Below, in pieces: positions 41,309-52,304 of a DNA stretch of 64,000 bases. Source of the stretch: Alphaproteobacteria bacterium (GTDB taxonomy: Bacteria > Pseudomonadota > Alphaproteobacteria > SP197); assembly GCA_964291265.2 (NCBI GenBank), contig OZ219747.1, positions 192,001 to 256,000 on the forward strand, read 5' to 3'. The first letter of the stretch is position 1, and each line of letters starts with the position of its first letter. The notes beneath the pieces were generated by a model. That model had not been told where the DNA came from. It was given only the letters and a program-made list of their open reading frames with translations, and did not search any database. Both the position numbers and the translations under genes were made by a program.

Positions 41309-41880
41309 GCCGGGGGCCAGATCAGGCTGACGAGGTACTTGGAGTATTCGCTGGCAAGAAGAAGCAGGGTTCGCGGGTGGCGCCACCAGACATCCAGGTG
41401 CACCGCGCCTGACACTACCGGGTAGGGAATGACATCAATCGCCGGCATGAACCGGTGGAAAAGGACAAGACTGCGCGGCATGTGGTAGTTGGCGGTCACG
41501 AGGATCATGGAGGTACGTCCTCCCGCCGCCATCCAGTTCGCTGTCTCGCGCACGTTGCCCACGGTATGGCGGGCATCGTGTCCAAGATCGATGCAGCAAG
41601 CCAGGGTGGTTGATGCCTGACTGTTGACATCAAGGATCGCGGCGACATCGACGCCACTGTGAACACCGCTGACAAACAGACGCTCCGCCTTTCCGTTCTG
41701 CAGGAGATCGATCCCGGCGGGCAGCCGTTCCCTGCCTCCCGTGAGCACGACGATGGCGTCCGCCTTCCGGCCGACTGCCGACGGGGTTTCCGGGGCGACC
41801 TGCGTGACAAAGCGCATCAGTCCTCCAACCCAGACCGCCGCCAGAATCACCAGCAGGACGATGACAAGTCGCGCTTTCAT
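41305..41880 (-). CDS. YdcF/DUF218 family protein
   Basis: DAIVVLTGG..RL; LVTANYHMPRS; EYSKY. Confidence 0.88.
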   Translation of the reverse strand: MKARLVIVLLVILAAVWVGGLMRFVTQVAPETPSAVGRKADAIVVLTGGRERLPAGIDLLQNGKAERLFVSGVHSGVDVAAILDVNSQASTTLACCIDLGHDARHTVGNVRETANWMAAGGRTSMILVTANYHMPRSLVLFHRFMPAIDVIPYPVVSGAVHLDVWWRHPRTLLLLASEYSKYLVSLIWPPA

Positions 41881-41894
41881 CGTTCTCTTCCGTC

Positions 41895-42779
41895 TCACGG
41901 CATGCGGTCCAGTGAGGCAATCACCGTGACCCGCGCCGCGACCATCGCCACCAGCGCCGCGACCACGGGAAGCGCGCCGAGAAACAGCCACTCGCGAACC
42001 GCGAATGAGACCGCCGGCAACAGGGGTGCCTCGACTTCGCCGGACAACTCGCCTATCAGGAGGAGGATGAGGATGGCCAGTACGTTGCCGGGAATGCCTC
42101 CCATCAACGCCAGGACGAGGGACTGGTTCTGAAACTGGGCCGCGATGTAGCTGTCCTGGGCTCCGACCTGGTGCAGGATCTCGATGGTGTCCTGATGAAT
42201 GGACAGCGCCGTGCGCGTGACATGGATGATCGAAACGACAGAGATCAGCGCCATGATGACCAGCATCAGGGCGGTCGCCAGTTGCACGGTACTGACGGTG
42301 CTGCGCACCGCGAGGAGCCACTGTGGTTCGACATAGACGGTGACGGCGCCGACAGTCTCCTCGAGAATCTGCTCGATGATGTCACCTCTCAGGGATTCGG
42401 ACGACATGGCCTCGACATCGATCAGCACCGGCAACGGCAACAGGTCCGGGTCGGGTCTGCCACCCGTCCATGCCTCGATGGTCTCGAGAATCTCGTCATC
42501 CCCGACCAGGTGAACCCGGGTCACTCCCGGCAACTGCGCCAGCACGTCGATGGAGGTGGCCACGGTCTCTTCGCTGGCGGTCTCCCGGGACATCTCGATG
42601 GTGGCACCGTACTGCTGACCGGTGACCTGCAACCGGTCAGCGACTCCTTCCATGGTCAGCGAGGCACTGAGCACCAGGGTCGACAGGAACACCATGGCGC
42701 CGATGATGGTCGGAACAAAGCTGAACGAGGGATCCGAGGCAAGCGGGACCTCCTGCGCTCGCTGTCTCCACCTCACCAT
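41895..42779 (-). CDS. ftsX: Cell division permease FtsX
   Basis: Four-TM topology; LPLPVLIDV; IEILHQVGAQDSYIAAQF; directly downstream of ftsE. Confidence 0.88.
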   Translation of the reverse strand: MVRWRQRAQEVPLASDPSFSFVPTIIGAMVFLSTLVLSASLTMEGVADRLQVTGQQYGATIEMSRETASEETVATSIDVLAQLPGVTRVHLVGDDEILETIEAWTGGRPDPDLLPLPVLIDVEAMSSESLRGDIIEQILEETVGAVTVYVEPQWLLAVRSTVSTVQLATALMLVIMALISVVSIIHVTRTALSIHQDTIEILHQVGAQDSYIAAQFQNQSLVLALMGGIPGNVLAILILLLIGELSGEVEAPLLPAVSFAVREWLFLGALPVVAALVAMVAARVTVIASLDRMP

Positions 42780-43438
42780 GAGCGGCCCGCTTTCAGGAAC
42801 CCTTCCTTGAGGTGAAGGACCGGATGGGGAAACCGCTGCGGAAGCCTGGTGTTGTGGGTGGCGATCACCAGGGTCGTGCCATGGCGATTGAGTTCCATGA
42901 AGAGCATCATCAGACGATCCGCCATGGGCTCGTCGAGGTTGCCCGTCGGCTCGTCGGCGAGCAGCACGTCCGGCTGTCCGATGACCGCCCTCGCCACGGC
43001 CACCCGCTGTTTTTCGCCACCCGACATGAAAGGTGGCTTCACGTCGGCCATGGTGTCGAGACCCACCCACTCCAGCAACTGGTGGACGTGATCGCTCACC
43101 ATGCCCGGGTCCGTGCCCACCAGGCGCAGCGGCAGCGCGACATTGTCGAATGCCGAGAGATGATCGAGCAGGTTGTAGTCCTGGAAAACGACACCGATGC
43201 GCCGACGAAAGCCCGTGAGGGCGCTCCGTGTGGCCGTTGCCACATCCTGCCCGAACATGGTCAGAAGTCCACGGGTGGGCCGGCGGCCAAGATAGAGCAG
43301 GCTCAGCATCGAGGTCTTGCCGGCGCCTGTGGGTCCGACAAGGTAGTGGCCGGATCCCGATTCCAGGGTGAGATCGATGTCATGCAGGACTTCCGGTCCG
43401 CTGCCATAGCGCAGACCAACGTTTTCAAACTGAATCAC
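42773..43438 (-). CDS. ftsE: Cell division ATP-binding protein FtsE
   Basis: IQFENVGLRY; GPTGAGKT; IGVVFQD; SGGEKQR; LLADEPTGNLD. Confidence 0.93.
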   Translation of the reverse strand: MIQFENVGLRYGSGPEVLHDIDLTLESGSGHYLVGPTGAGKTSMLSLLYLGRRPTRGLLTMFGQDVATATRSALTGFRRRIGVVFQDYNLLDHLSAFDNVALPLRLVGTDPGMVSDHVHQLLEWVGLDTMADVKPPFMSGGEKQRVAVARAVIGQPDVLLADEPTGNLDEPMADRLMMLFMELNRHGTTLVIATHNTRLPQRFPHPVLHLKEGFLKAGRSW

Positions 43439-43534
43439 GCCACCGTTCCCTGCTTCATGACCGATGAGGAGGCAAGGTCCCCGGAACACTAGCACAGGCT
43501 CGGAGCCAACGGCATGCCTTGACCGTTCGGAGTG

Positions 43535-45937
43535 TCAGAATCGCCTGAGCAGGCGGCGGAGATACTCCTGCTCCTCCCGGGGCCTGTGCTGTTCGGCGGC
43601 GCGGCGTTTCAGTTCGTCAAGTATCTGGCGAACGCGGACGAGGGATCCCTTGTCGGGAATGTCGATATCGTCGGTGGCGGAACCGATGGCGTTGCCGAGG
43701 CTACGGCCGATCGGGTCCCTGGGCGCCGAAAAGAATCCTTGGGAATCGCCCGCCACGCTCTCTCCGAGGAGGTCGAGAATCTGCGCCATCATGTCGCCGG
43801 CGCCTTCCCTGAGAAAGTCGACGGCCTGCGTCTGATGATCGACCGCATGGCCCGGACGGTTGGCCTTCAGCTGGCGAACGGCGCGGCGCATCGAGCGGTT
43901 GGCCCGGCCGTAGTGGCGGGGCACGTCGTAGCCGAACTCCTCCATGCGTTCCATGAAGCTCTCGAGAACGTCCCTCACATCGGCCTGGCGTAGCGCCTGC
44001 CCGGTCGTGTCGGCATCCTCTTCCCCGACATCGCGCAGGACCCTGAAACTCTCATCCAGAAGCTGTTGCTGTTCGCTGATGATCTGGCGGATGGTCTGGA
44101 TCATTTCCACGGCTTCCGCAGACGAGCTTCCCGCAAGGTCACTGAGATTGCCCACGGAAATGCTCTCCATGATCTCCTGAAGTCGGGTCAGCAGGGTCCG
44201 GGCCTGCTGGCGCGAACCGGTGCGTACCAGTTCGGATATCCTGTCCACCAGATCGGTCAGTTCGCGGCTGCCAACCGCCTTCAGCGCCTCGGTGGGGTCG
44301 AACAGATCTCCTGGATCCGAACGCAGCCTGTTCGAAAGGGCCCGCATGTAGTCGTCCATGGCGTTGCGCAGTTCTGCGAGCAGACGTTCGATCTCGGCGT
44401 CCGGCGCGCCGCCGCCGAGAGCCTCGAGAATTCGCTGCTGCAGATCGCGCACCCGCTGTTCAGCGAAGGCCAGCGGGCCCTCCTCGACGGCAAGCGCCAC
44501 TTCCCACATCAGTCCGATCACGTCGTCGGCCGTCGATTCCCGGCCGGCGCTGTAGTCAAGGCGCAAGGCGCCCGTCACCAGCGCCAGGTGAACGTCGACT
44601 TCCGAAAGGTAGGTTTCCGGTTCCCTCGAAAGACGGTGCAGCACCGAAGCCGTCTCGCCTGCAAGGTCCCTGTCGACCGCGAAGGCCTTGCGCTGCTTCG
44701 CGATTTCGCGTGCCACCGGGTGATGGAAGAAGCGTTCCGGCAACTCGAAGGCATGAAGGACGCTCGCACTCTTCTGGCCGATTTCGTCCGTGGCCACCAG
44801 AACCAGTTCCACCTCGTGACCGGCCCATGGGTGCGCCATCAGGTTGTGGAAGGTGGGACCCGACACGGTACGGATTCCCGGCTGCGCCAATGGCACGGAA
44901 ATCCGCAGCACGTCATCGTCGGCGCCGTCCGGTCGCCGTATCTCGCCAGTGATGGATTCGAGGCCGTAGTCGTCGCTGGCCGCGACATCGAGACGCAGCC
45001 CCGTCCGCAGGGTCTCGGAGGGCTCCGCCGTGAGGGCGACATCGGGGGGATCGTCGGCGATCAGTGTGATCGTCCGCCCATCCAGCACGGTGCCGGACTG
45101 GAGGATCGAGAATTGCGTGCCACTGTCGAGCACGTGGGCGATCTGCCAGTTCTCTCCCCCGGCACCGGTCAAATCGTACGATACGTCATCGACGGTCAGT
45201 ACCGGGAGCCGAGAGCCACCGCGGACCTGCACCACCAGTTCACTGCCGACGGGAACCGGCACCGCGTGATCCCCGGCGTTCTGCTCGAACCAGATGGGAG
45301 CGACGTCGGTGTAGGCAGGAGGTGTGATCCAGAATGTCGCCTCGCCGACAGCCCCGGCGCCTCCGCTCACGGAGTATCCCGGCTGCAGCAGGGCGGTGAA
45401 GTTGGCCCGGGCCTGCGACCAGCCGGCAATCACCCCCCAGACCAGGACCAGCAGGGCAAGATATCTCAGTGCGAAACGGTCACGCGCAGCGAGCACACTG
45501 CGCGGCCAGCCCACCCGCAGGCGGCGTACCCGTCCGGCTGCTCGCGCCCGATGGATCTCGAACAGCGCCTGACTTGCCCCGTCCTGAACATCGCCCGCAT
45601 AGACATCGTCGAGCGCCGCCAGCGGTCTGTGCGGCACGCCGCTCCCGATTTCGAGACGGCGCCGCACATGCCTGTCCCCGGGCCAGGCGAATCCCCCGAA
45701 ATCCCGCCACAGGACAAGAGGTGTGACCATGCCGAAGAACAGCACGAGGGTGACATGGAGGACCCCGGGAAGCGATGACACCGCCCCGAGCAGGACGAGT
45801 CCCAGGAAGAGGACAATGAGGGACGCAGCGCGCCAGGACCGGATGACGAGGTCCTCCCAGACGAGCGCCAGGCGGGTCAGGGACAATCGCCGCGCAACGA
45901 CGGCGGAACCTGCCCTGCTGTCAGCGAACGGCGTCAT
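43535..45937 (-). CDS. TIGR02302 / DUF4175 family membrane protein
   Basis: N-terminal TM helices; WITPPAYT; DDYG; HPWAG; LPER.F.HPVA; RDPIGR; YLRRLL. Usual neighbour of lysA. Confidence 0.85.
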   Translation of the reverse strand: MTPFADSRAGSAVVARRLSLTRLALVWEDLVIRSWRAASLIVLFLGLVLLGAVSSLPGVLHVTLVLFFGMVTPLVLWRDFGGFAWPGDRHVRRRLEIGSGVPHRPLAALDDVYAGDVQDGASQALFEIHRARAAGRVRRLRVGWPRSVLAARDRFALRYLALLVLVWGVIAGWSQARANFTALLQPGYSVSGGAGAVGEATFWITPPAYTDVAPIWFEQNAGDHAVPVPVGSELVVQVRGGSRLPVLTVDDVSYDLTGAGGENWQIAHVLDSGTQFSILQSGTVLDGRTITLIADDPPDVALTAEPSETLRTGLRLDVAASDDYGLESITGEIRRPDGADDDVLRISVPLAQPGIRTVSGPTFHNLMAHPWAGHEVELVLVATDEIGQKSASVLHAFELPERFFHHPVAREIAKQRKAFAVDRDLAGETASVLHRLSREPETYLSEVDVHLALVTGALRLDYSAGRESTADDVIGLMWEVALAVEEGPLAFAEQRVRDLQQRILEALGGGAPDAEIERLLAELRNAMDDYMRALSNRLRSDPGDLFDPTEALKAVGSRELTDLVDRISELVRTGSRQQARTLLTRLQEIMESISVGNLSDLAGSSSAEAVEMIQTIRQIISEQQQLLDESFRVLRDVGEEDADTTGQALRQADVRDVLESFMERMEEFGYDVPRHYGRANRSMRRAVRQLKANRPGHAVDHQTQAVDFLREGAGDMMAQILDLLGESVAGDSQGFFSAPRDPIGRSLGNAIGSATDDIDIPDKGSLVRVRQILDELKRRAAEQHRPREEQEYLRRLLRRF

Positions 45938-47183
45938 CGCGTTGCAGGCCGGGAACTGTCTCCAGCGCCATCATCTCATCATGTCCCGGCCGCCTGCGGA
46001 CCACGGAAAGACGATCCTGTTCCACCATCACCTCCGGTACCAGCAGGCGACCATTGTATCCCGAGGCCATGACGGCGCCATAGGCTCCGGCGTGACCTAT
46101 GGCCAGCAGATCACCGTCCTCGAGAGCGGGCAACGGCGCGTCGTGGGCCAGTACGTCCCCCGACTCGCAGACCGGCCCTGCCACCAAGGATGCGAAGCGT
46201 GGAGGCGTCGCCTCGCGGTGCGGCCAGACCGGATGACGGGCGCCATAGAGTGTCGGCCGCACGAGATCGTTCATGGCAGCATCGACGATGACGACGCGCT
46301 TCGACCCGGCCTGCTTGACCGTGTTCACTCCGGTCACGAGCGCCCCGGCTGACGCGACCAGCCAACGTCCGGGTTCAATGGCGAGTTCGGCGTCCGTCCG
46401 GCGGCGGACATCCGCCAGCAGGCTTGCATAGCCGCCGAGGTCGATGGCTTCTTCCTCCTCGTGGTAGGCGATACCCAGGCCCCCGCCAAGATCCAGTGTC
46501 GCGACACCATCCAGCGTTCCGGCCAGATCCAGAAGCCTGTCGAAGGCGGTGCGGTAGAGTTCGACTTCGTGTATCTGGGACCCGATGTGAACCGCGAGTC
46601 CGACGGGCCGGATCAGGGGATGAGCCCGGGCCCTCGACCACAGGTGGCGGATGACTGCCGCGGGAAGGCCGAACTTGTCCGTCTGCCGCCCGGTGGAGAT
46701 CTTCTCGTGTCCGCCCGCATCGACATCGGGATTGAACCGAAAGGCCACGGGCGCTTCCCTGTTCAAGTCGTCACAGGTCTCACCGATTCGATCGAACTCG
46801 CCTTCGCTCTCGACGTTGATCTGCCTGACGCCGCTCTCCAGGGCGAAGACGATCTCCTCACGGGACTTGCCGACTCCCGAGAAGACAATCGTGCTTGCGT
46901 CGAGTCCGGCGGCAAGGCAGCGGTGTATCTCTCCCGCCGAGACGACGTCCGCTCCCGCACCCAGACCGCCGAGGAGATGGATGACCGCGAGATTGCTGTT
47001 GGCCTTGACCGCATAGAGGATCGATGTTCCGGTCCCGGCCAGCACGTCCCGGAGGTGAAGGAATCGGCGCCGCAGCGCCGTCGCGCTGTAACAATAGAAG
47101 GGCGTACCGATTTCGCGGGCAATGGTCGCGAGGTCCACGTCCTCCACATGCAGCCGTCCGTTGCGGTACGTGAAGGCGTTCAA
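45921..47183 (-). CDS. lysA: Diaminopimelate decarboxylase
   Basis: YAVKANSN; HIGSQ; DLGGG; EPGR; GPVCESGD; GAYG. TTG start. Confidence 0.95.
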   Translation of the reverse strand: MNAFTYRNGRLHVEDVDLATIAREIGTPFYCYSATALRRRFLHLRDVLAGTGTSILYAVKANSNLAVIHLLGGLGAGADVVSAGEIHRCLAAGLDASTIVFSGVGKSREEIVFALESGVRQINVESEGEFDRIGETCDDLNREAPVAFRFNPDVDAGGHEKISTGRQTDKFGLPAAVIRHLWSRARAHPLIRPVGLAVHIGSQIHEVELYRTAFDRLLDLAGTLDGVATLDLGGGLGIAYHEEEEAIDLGGYASLLADVRRRTDAELAIEPGRWLVASAGALVTGVNTVKQAGSKRVVIVDAAMNDLVRPTLYGARHPVWPHREATPPRFASLVAGPVCESGDVLAHDAPLPALEDGDLLAIGHAGAYGAVMASGYNGRLLVPEVMVEQDRLSVVRRRPGHDEMMALETVPGLQRDDAVR

Positions 47184-47290
47184 CTGTCGTCCGACTTCAC
47201 GTCCGTACCGGGACGTGTCGGATCCCCCTTGCGCCCGCACGCGGCTGCCAGGGCTGCAAGCGTCAGCATCAGGGCACTGCGTCTTGTCAT
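47180..47290 (-). CDS. Small lipoprotein, LptM/YifL family (36 aa, absent from the ORF track)
   Basis: [36 protein letters not shown]; lipobox plus CGxKG motif; overlaps the argH stop and lysA start. Confidence 0.8.
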   Translation of the reverse strand: MTRRSALMLTLAALAAACGRKGDPTRPGTDVKSDDS

Positions 47291-48684
47291 GCAAGATACC
47301 TCCTGCGGGCTTCTTCCACCGCTTCAGCCACCCGCTGTGGCGCCGTGCCGCCCGGACTCGCACGGCTGGCGACCGAAGCCTCGACCGTGAGAATCCGGCG
47401 CACCGAGGCGTCGAGACGCTCGTCCACCCGGCGCATCGCGTCAAGCGGCAACGACGCCAGATCACATCCCTTCTCCTCGGCAAGCGCCACGAGACGACCG
47501 GTGGTGTGATGGGCCTCACGGAACGCAAGTCCCTTCTCGCGAACCAACCAGTCCGCAAGATCCGTCGCGGTCACGAAACCGTCATCCGTGCGCGCCCGCA
47601 TGGCCTGCGTGTCGACGGTCATGCCGCGGATCATGGCTGCTGTGGCCGGAACCGCGAGCATCAGCGTCTCGGCGGCATCGAAGAGCGGTTCCTTGTCTTC
47701 CTGCATGTCCTTGCCGTAGGTCATCGGCAAACCCTTCAGCATGGTCAGGAGCGACACCAGCGCACCTGTCAGGCGTCCGGCCTTGCCACGCACCAGTTCG
47801 GCGGCGTCGGCATTGCGTTTCTGGGGCATGATCGACGACCCCGTGGTCAGACTGTCGGGCAGGCGCACGAAGCCGAAGGTCGGGCTCGTCCACAGGACGA
47901 GATCTTCCGCCAAGCGTGACAGGTGCACGCCAATGATGGCGCCCGCGGCAAGAAACTCCACGCAGAAATCCCGATCCGACACCGCATCCATGGAATTGGC
48001 CGCCGGACGATCGAAGCCCAGCGAGGCCGCTGTCGCTTCGGGGTCCACCGGAAACGATGTCCCGGCCAGTGCCGCAGCTCCCAATGGTGATTCGTTCATT
48101 CTGCGGCGACAGTCCTTCAGCCTGCCGCGGTCCCGGCCGGACATCTCGACATAGGCCAGCATGTGATGACCGAAGGTGACGGGCTGGGCCGGCTGCAGAT
48201 GTGTCATTCCCGGCATGACCGACGCGACATGTCGCTCCGCCTGGCCAATCAGCGCCTCCTGAAGATCGGTGAGTGCGTGATCGAGATGGTCGAGTTGATC
48301 GCGCAGCCACAGGCGCAGGTCTGTCGCAACCTGGTCGTTGCGCGAACGCGCCGTATGCAGACGCCGTGCCGGCTCGCCGATGAGCTCGGCAAGACGCGTC
48401 TCGATGTTCATGTGAACATCTTCCAACGCCGGGTCCCAGGTCATCGTTCCTTCCTCGATCTCGCGGGCAATGCGATCAAGACCCTGCTGGATGGCATGGT
48501 TGTCGGCGGCCGAAAGGATGCCCGTGGCTGCCAGCATGGACGCATGGGCCCTGGATCCGGCAATGTCATAGGGTGCCAGCCGGCGGTCGAAGTCCACCGA
48601 GGCGTTGATCCGTTCCATGATGGCGGACGGTTCTTCGCGGAAGCGCCCGCCCCGCACAGGGTTGGGATTGTTCGTTGCTGACAT
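47287..48684 (-). CDS. argH: Argininosuccinate lyase
   Basis: GGRF; [10 protein letters not shown]; [10 protein letters not shown]; KDMQEDKE. Confidence 0.96.
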   Translation of the reverse strand: MSATNNPNPVRGGRFREEPSAIMERINASVDFDRRLAPYDIAGSRAHASMLAATGILSAADNHAIQQGLDRIAREIEEGTMTWDPALEDVHMNIETRLAELIGEPARRLHTARSRNDQVATDLRLWLRDQLDHLDHALTDLQEALIGQAERHVASVMPGMTHLQPAQPVTFGHHMLAYVEMSGRDRGRLKDCRRRMNESPLGAAALAGTSFPVDPEATAASLGFDRPAANSMDAVSDRDFCVEFLAAGAIIGVHLSRLAEDLVLWTSPTFGFVRLPDSLTTGSSIMPQKRNADAAELVRGKAGRLTGALVSLLTMLKGLPMTYGKDMQEDKEPLFDAAETLMLAVPATAAMIRGMTVDTQAMRARTDDGFVTATDLADWLVREKGLAFREAHHTTGRLVALAEEKGCDLASLPLDAMRRVDERLDASVRRILTVEASVASRASPGGTAPQRVAEAVEEARRRYLA

Positions 48685-48875
48685 GCCGATCAGGCACCGG
48701 AGCGGAGTGTCGGTATTGGCGCCGGCCCGCCGACGCATGCCCACCGACCGGAACGCGACGTGGAGTGTAACGGGCGCCGGCAACCGTGTCCAAGACGACA
48801 GGCAAGCGTGGCGTTTCCTTCTCGACCGGGTATTCTCCGCACCTCCTCGATACCGAGAATGCGATCCCGCTTGTC

Positions 48876-50111
48876 ATGAATGCCCCCGAGGCGCCATCCC
48901 GCGGCTTTCCGTTCCTGGCGGGCCGCGTCTTCCTTCCCTTCGCAGCAGGTTACTTCCTTTCCTATCTCTTTCGGACCGTCAATGCCGTCCTGGGTCCGGT
49001 TCTCGGCGAGGAACTGGCCCTGGATGCGGCCGCCGTCGGCCTGATGACCAGCGCCTTCTTCCTGGCCTTTGCCGGAGTCCAGATCCCTCTCGGCATGGCG
49101 CTCGACAGGTTCGGCCCCCGGCGCACCCACGCGGTGCTCCTGGTCATCGCCGCAGCGGGCGCAGTCCTCTTCAGCCAGGGTGACGGCACTCCCCTTCTCA
49201 CCCTGGCGCGCGCCATCATCGGCATCGGCATGGCAGGAGGGCTTCTCGCTGCCATGAAGATGTTTGCGCTGTGGTTCCCGGGCCAGAAGCTGCCACTGGT
49301 CAACGGCCTGGTCCTGGCCGCGGGTGGCGCCGGTGCCATCGTCGCGTCCGCTCCGGCTCACGCCATGATCACGCTCATCGGCTGGCGGCAGCTGTTTGTC
49401 GTGCTCGCCGCCGTGACCGTGCTGGTGGCAGCGGTCATCTACGTCGTCGTACCGGAGCGACGGACGACGAGCGCTCCGATCACACTCGCGGACCAGTTGA
49501 AGGGACTCCGGCTCATCCAGCGGTCGCCGCTCTTCCTGTCCGTGGCGCCGCTGGTGATGACCACACAGGCGGCGTGGCTGTCGACCCAGGCGTTGTGGTT
49601 CGGACCATGGCTGCGCGACATGGCCGGCCTTGATGCCGGCCGTGCGGCCGAGGCCCTCTTCATCGGCGGCCTGGCGATGATCGCCGGGTATGCCTTCCTC
49701 GGCTGGCTCGCCGAACGGCTGAGCCGGATCGGCATCCCGATCTCCTTCGTCGCGTCCGCGGTCACCCTGGCATTCATTGCCGTGCAGGCGATGCTGGCAC
49801 TGGGAAGCGGACTGCCTGCATGGGTGCTGACGGCGGCGTTCTCCGCGACCGGGAGCGCGATCGTGATCTTCTATGCCGACATGACCCAGAGGTTCCCGCC
49901 GTCCATGGCCGGCAGGGTCAACACGACGCTCGCCCTCTACGCCTTCGCGCTGGGCGGGGTCCTCCAGATCCTTGTCGGCCTCGTCCTCGATCTCTTCCCT
50001 GCGGGCGAAGGCGGCTATTCGCCTTCGGGCTACCTTGCCGCGTTCGGCGGCTGGGTGCTGATCCAGGCCGCCTGCTTCGTCTTCTACCTTGCCCGCCGTC
50101 ACTGCTGCTGA
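48876..50111 (+). CDS. MFS transporter
   Basis: About 12 hydrophobic segments; GMALDRFGPRR motif A. Confidence 0.9.
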   Translation: MNAPEAPSRGFPFLAGRVFLPFAAGYFLSYLFRTVNAVLGPVLGEELALDAAAVGLMTSAFFLAFAGVQIPLGMALDRFGPRRTHAVLLVIAAAGAVLFSQGDGTPLLTLARAIIGIGMAGGLLAAMKMFALWFPGQKLPLVNGLVLAAGGAGAIVASAPAHAMITLIGWRQLFVVLAAVTVLVAAVIYVVVPERRTTSAPITLADQLKGLRLIQRSPLFLSVAPLVMTTQAAWLSTQALWFGPWLRDMAGLDAGRAAEALFIGGLAMIAGYAFLGWLAERLSRIGIPISFVASAVTLAFIAVQAMLALGSGLPAWVLTAAFSATGSAIVIFYADMTQRFPPSMAGRVNTTLALYAFALGGVLQILVGLVLDLFPAGEGGYSPSGYLAAFGGWVLIQAACFVFYLARRHCC

Positions 50112-50734
50112 CGCAGGCCCCGATTGCTCGTCGAAGCCTCATGACAGGAAGACAGCGATCCGAATCGCGGATCTGTCCTGGGCTTGTCCAGTCGCCTTGC
50201 CGGCCATCACGGCGCCCATGTCGCCGCGCAGCCACGCCGGATACAGGTTTGCCGGCAGCGCGTCCTCCGGGACCATCCAAGCGCCTGACTCCTCTTGACG
50301 ACTGTCGAGCGTCCTGGAGTTGCCCGCGCGTGTCGGCAATGTCCCCTAGCCTTCCCGCACCGGATGTGCGATCCTCCCGGCATGTCGCTTCGCAAGCGCA
50401 TGGAACCTTCTCCCGGCCCATCTTGAACCCCCCGACGGCTCTTCCCTGTCCGACGAGGCCCGCCTGGCCGGAGGAATGACCGCTCCGGGACGCGCTGATG
50501 GACGGGCACCACGATCTCGGCTTCCGCCGCCCGGGCTTTTCCCGGCGAGAGTTCCGGGCCGCCGGCCAAGCGGCGGAGCTCTCACCTTCGTGGCTGCAGG
50601 CGGTACCGGAATAGGCGCCGTCCACATCCACCGTGGGCGTTTGACCGAATTCCATCGCTTGCCCTGCCTCGGCATCGCAAGGACAGCAATGCCCGGCCCG
50701 GGCGCGTGTGACGCCAACGAAGACCGATGGTCCG

Positions 50735-50850
50735 AAGCCGCTCTCACCGGCTGCCGCCGCAGCGAGGTTTTCGACCTGCGCTGGCGCAACGTGGGCGCGG
50801 ACGCCTTCAACCTCTGTGATTCCAATGAACGGCCCCGTGCGCCGTTCCGC
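50735..50850 (+). pseudogene. Tyrosine recombinase/integrase fragment
   Basis: ALTGCRRSEVFDLRWRNV...NLCDS..RPR matches the box I region (TGxRxxE..LRW...DSKTGPR). No complete ORF. Confidence 0.7.
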
Positions 50851-50921
50851 CAGGCAAGACCGCGCGTGCGCTCATCAGGGCGCTGCCCGGTCCCCGCGCC
50901 AGGTCGAAGGCCGGGTTTTTA

Positions 50922-52248
50922 GGATGTTCGCCAAAATATCATAGTCATTATGCCCGTGGCGTAAGGGTGTAATTCCACTCGCCGTGGAACGGGTCTCTGC
51001 GGATAGCGAGGCCGTCCATCTCATCGTCGCTGACCTTGACCCCGAGCGGATAGCTGTTCTCGTCGAGGTCCGAGCGTATGGTGAGCCCGGCGCCGGTGGT
51101 GGTCGCGGCGATCAGCTCGACGATCACCTGGTGGCTGACGAGAGGCCGGCCGCGCCAGTTCTGGGTGATATGACAGAACATCCGGTGCTCGATCTTGTTC
51201 CACTTGCTGGTTCCGAGCGGGAAGTGGGCCACCGACACCTGCAACCCGAGTTCGTCGGCGAGGTGCTGCAGTTCCAGTTTCCACAGCCGGTTGCGGCTGC
51301 TGTTGGAGCCACCGCCGTCGGCGGTGATCAGCAGGCGCCTGGCATCGGGATAGAGCAGCTGGCCCATCTGCCGCCACCAACGGCGCAGGGTCTCGACCGC
51401 AAACGCCGCCGTGTCGTGATCAATCCCGACGCTGACCCAGCCGGCATTGGCGGTGAGATCGTAGACCCCGCAAGGGATCGCCTTGCCGAGCTCCGGATCG
51501 GGGAAGTCATGCACGTTGACGGCTTCAGGGTCACCCTTGGGGCGCCATTCCCGGCCGCCATTGCGGTACTGGCCAACGATTTCCTTCTTCTTGGTGTCGA
51601 CCGACACCACAGGTTGGCCCAGCCTCTGGAACGCGCGCACTCGGCGGTCAATGCGTCGGAACTGCGCATCCCGGTCCGGATGCTGGCGGCCTTCCAGCGT
51701 CTTGCGATTGGCCTGAAGGCTCATACCCCAGATCGTGGAGCAGCCGGTTCACCGTGCGCTCGCTGACACGATGGCCCTCGACCGCAAGACGGGCCGCCAG
51801 CCGTGCGGCACTGTGACACGTCCAGCGCAACGGACTCTCCGGATCGCCGCGCGTCATCGGTTCAAGCTCGTGCTCCAGCGCCGCCACCAAACCAGGATCC
51901 ACATCCGTCACCCACTTGCGCCCGCCGCCGGGGCGACGCAAACGTCCTGAAGGAATCTCACTCGAAGACCCCGAGACCGCGTCCGATCCGAGCTCCTTCA
52001 GCCCGGCGCGAACGGTGCTGCGCGACATCCCCGTCGCCTCGGCCACTCGCTCAATGCCTCCGCGCCCGATGGCACGGGCCTCCGTCGCCGCCCACAGGCG
52101 CCGCGCACGTTCGTTCAGAAACGGACGCAACACCACAAATTTGGATCGCAGCGTATCGACCATCGCTTCCATGACATCATACCATCGCTGCCATGACGTC
52201 ATTGATAGCAGATCCACACCAAAAAATAATCTATTTTGGCGCGAGACT
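50922..52248 (-). mobile_element. ISAzo13 family insertion sequence
   Basis: Imperfect terminal IRs sharing CGCCAAAATA; TTA direct repeats at 50919-50921 and 52249-52251. Confidence 0.85.
50948..52172 (-). pseudogene. ISAzo13 transposase, frameshifted near 51722
   Basis: LNERARRLWAA, GDPESPLRWT and LLHDLGY in one frame; SLQANRK, SVDTKKKE, TADGGGSN and GTSKWNKIEHR in another. Start approximate. Confidence 0.88.
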
Positions 52249-52304
52249 TTAGCCCAGTATTCGTTGCGGGAGCGGTGGGCTTCATTGGTGGGATAGGCTG
52301 GTGG

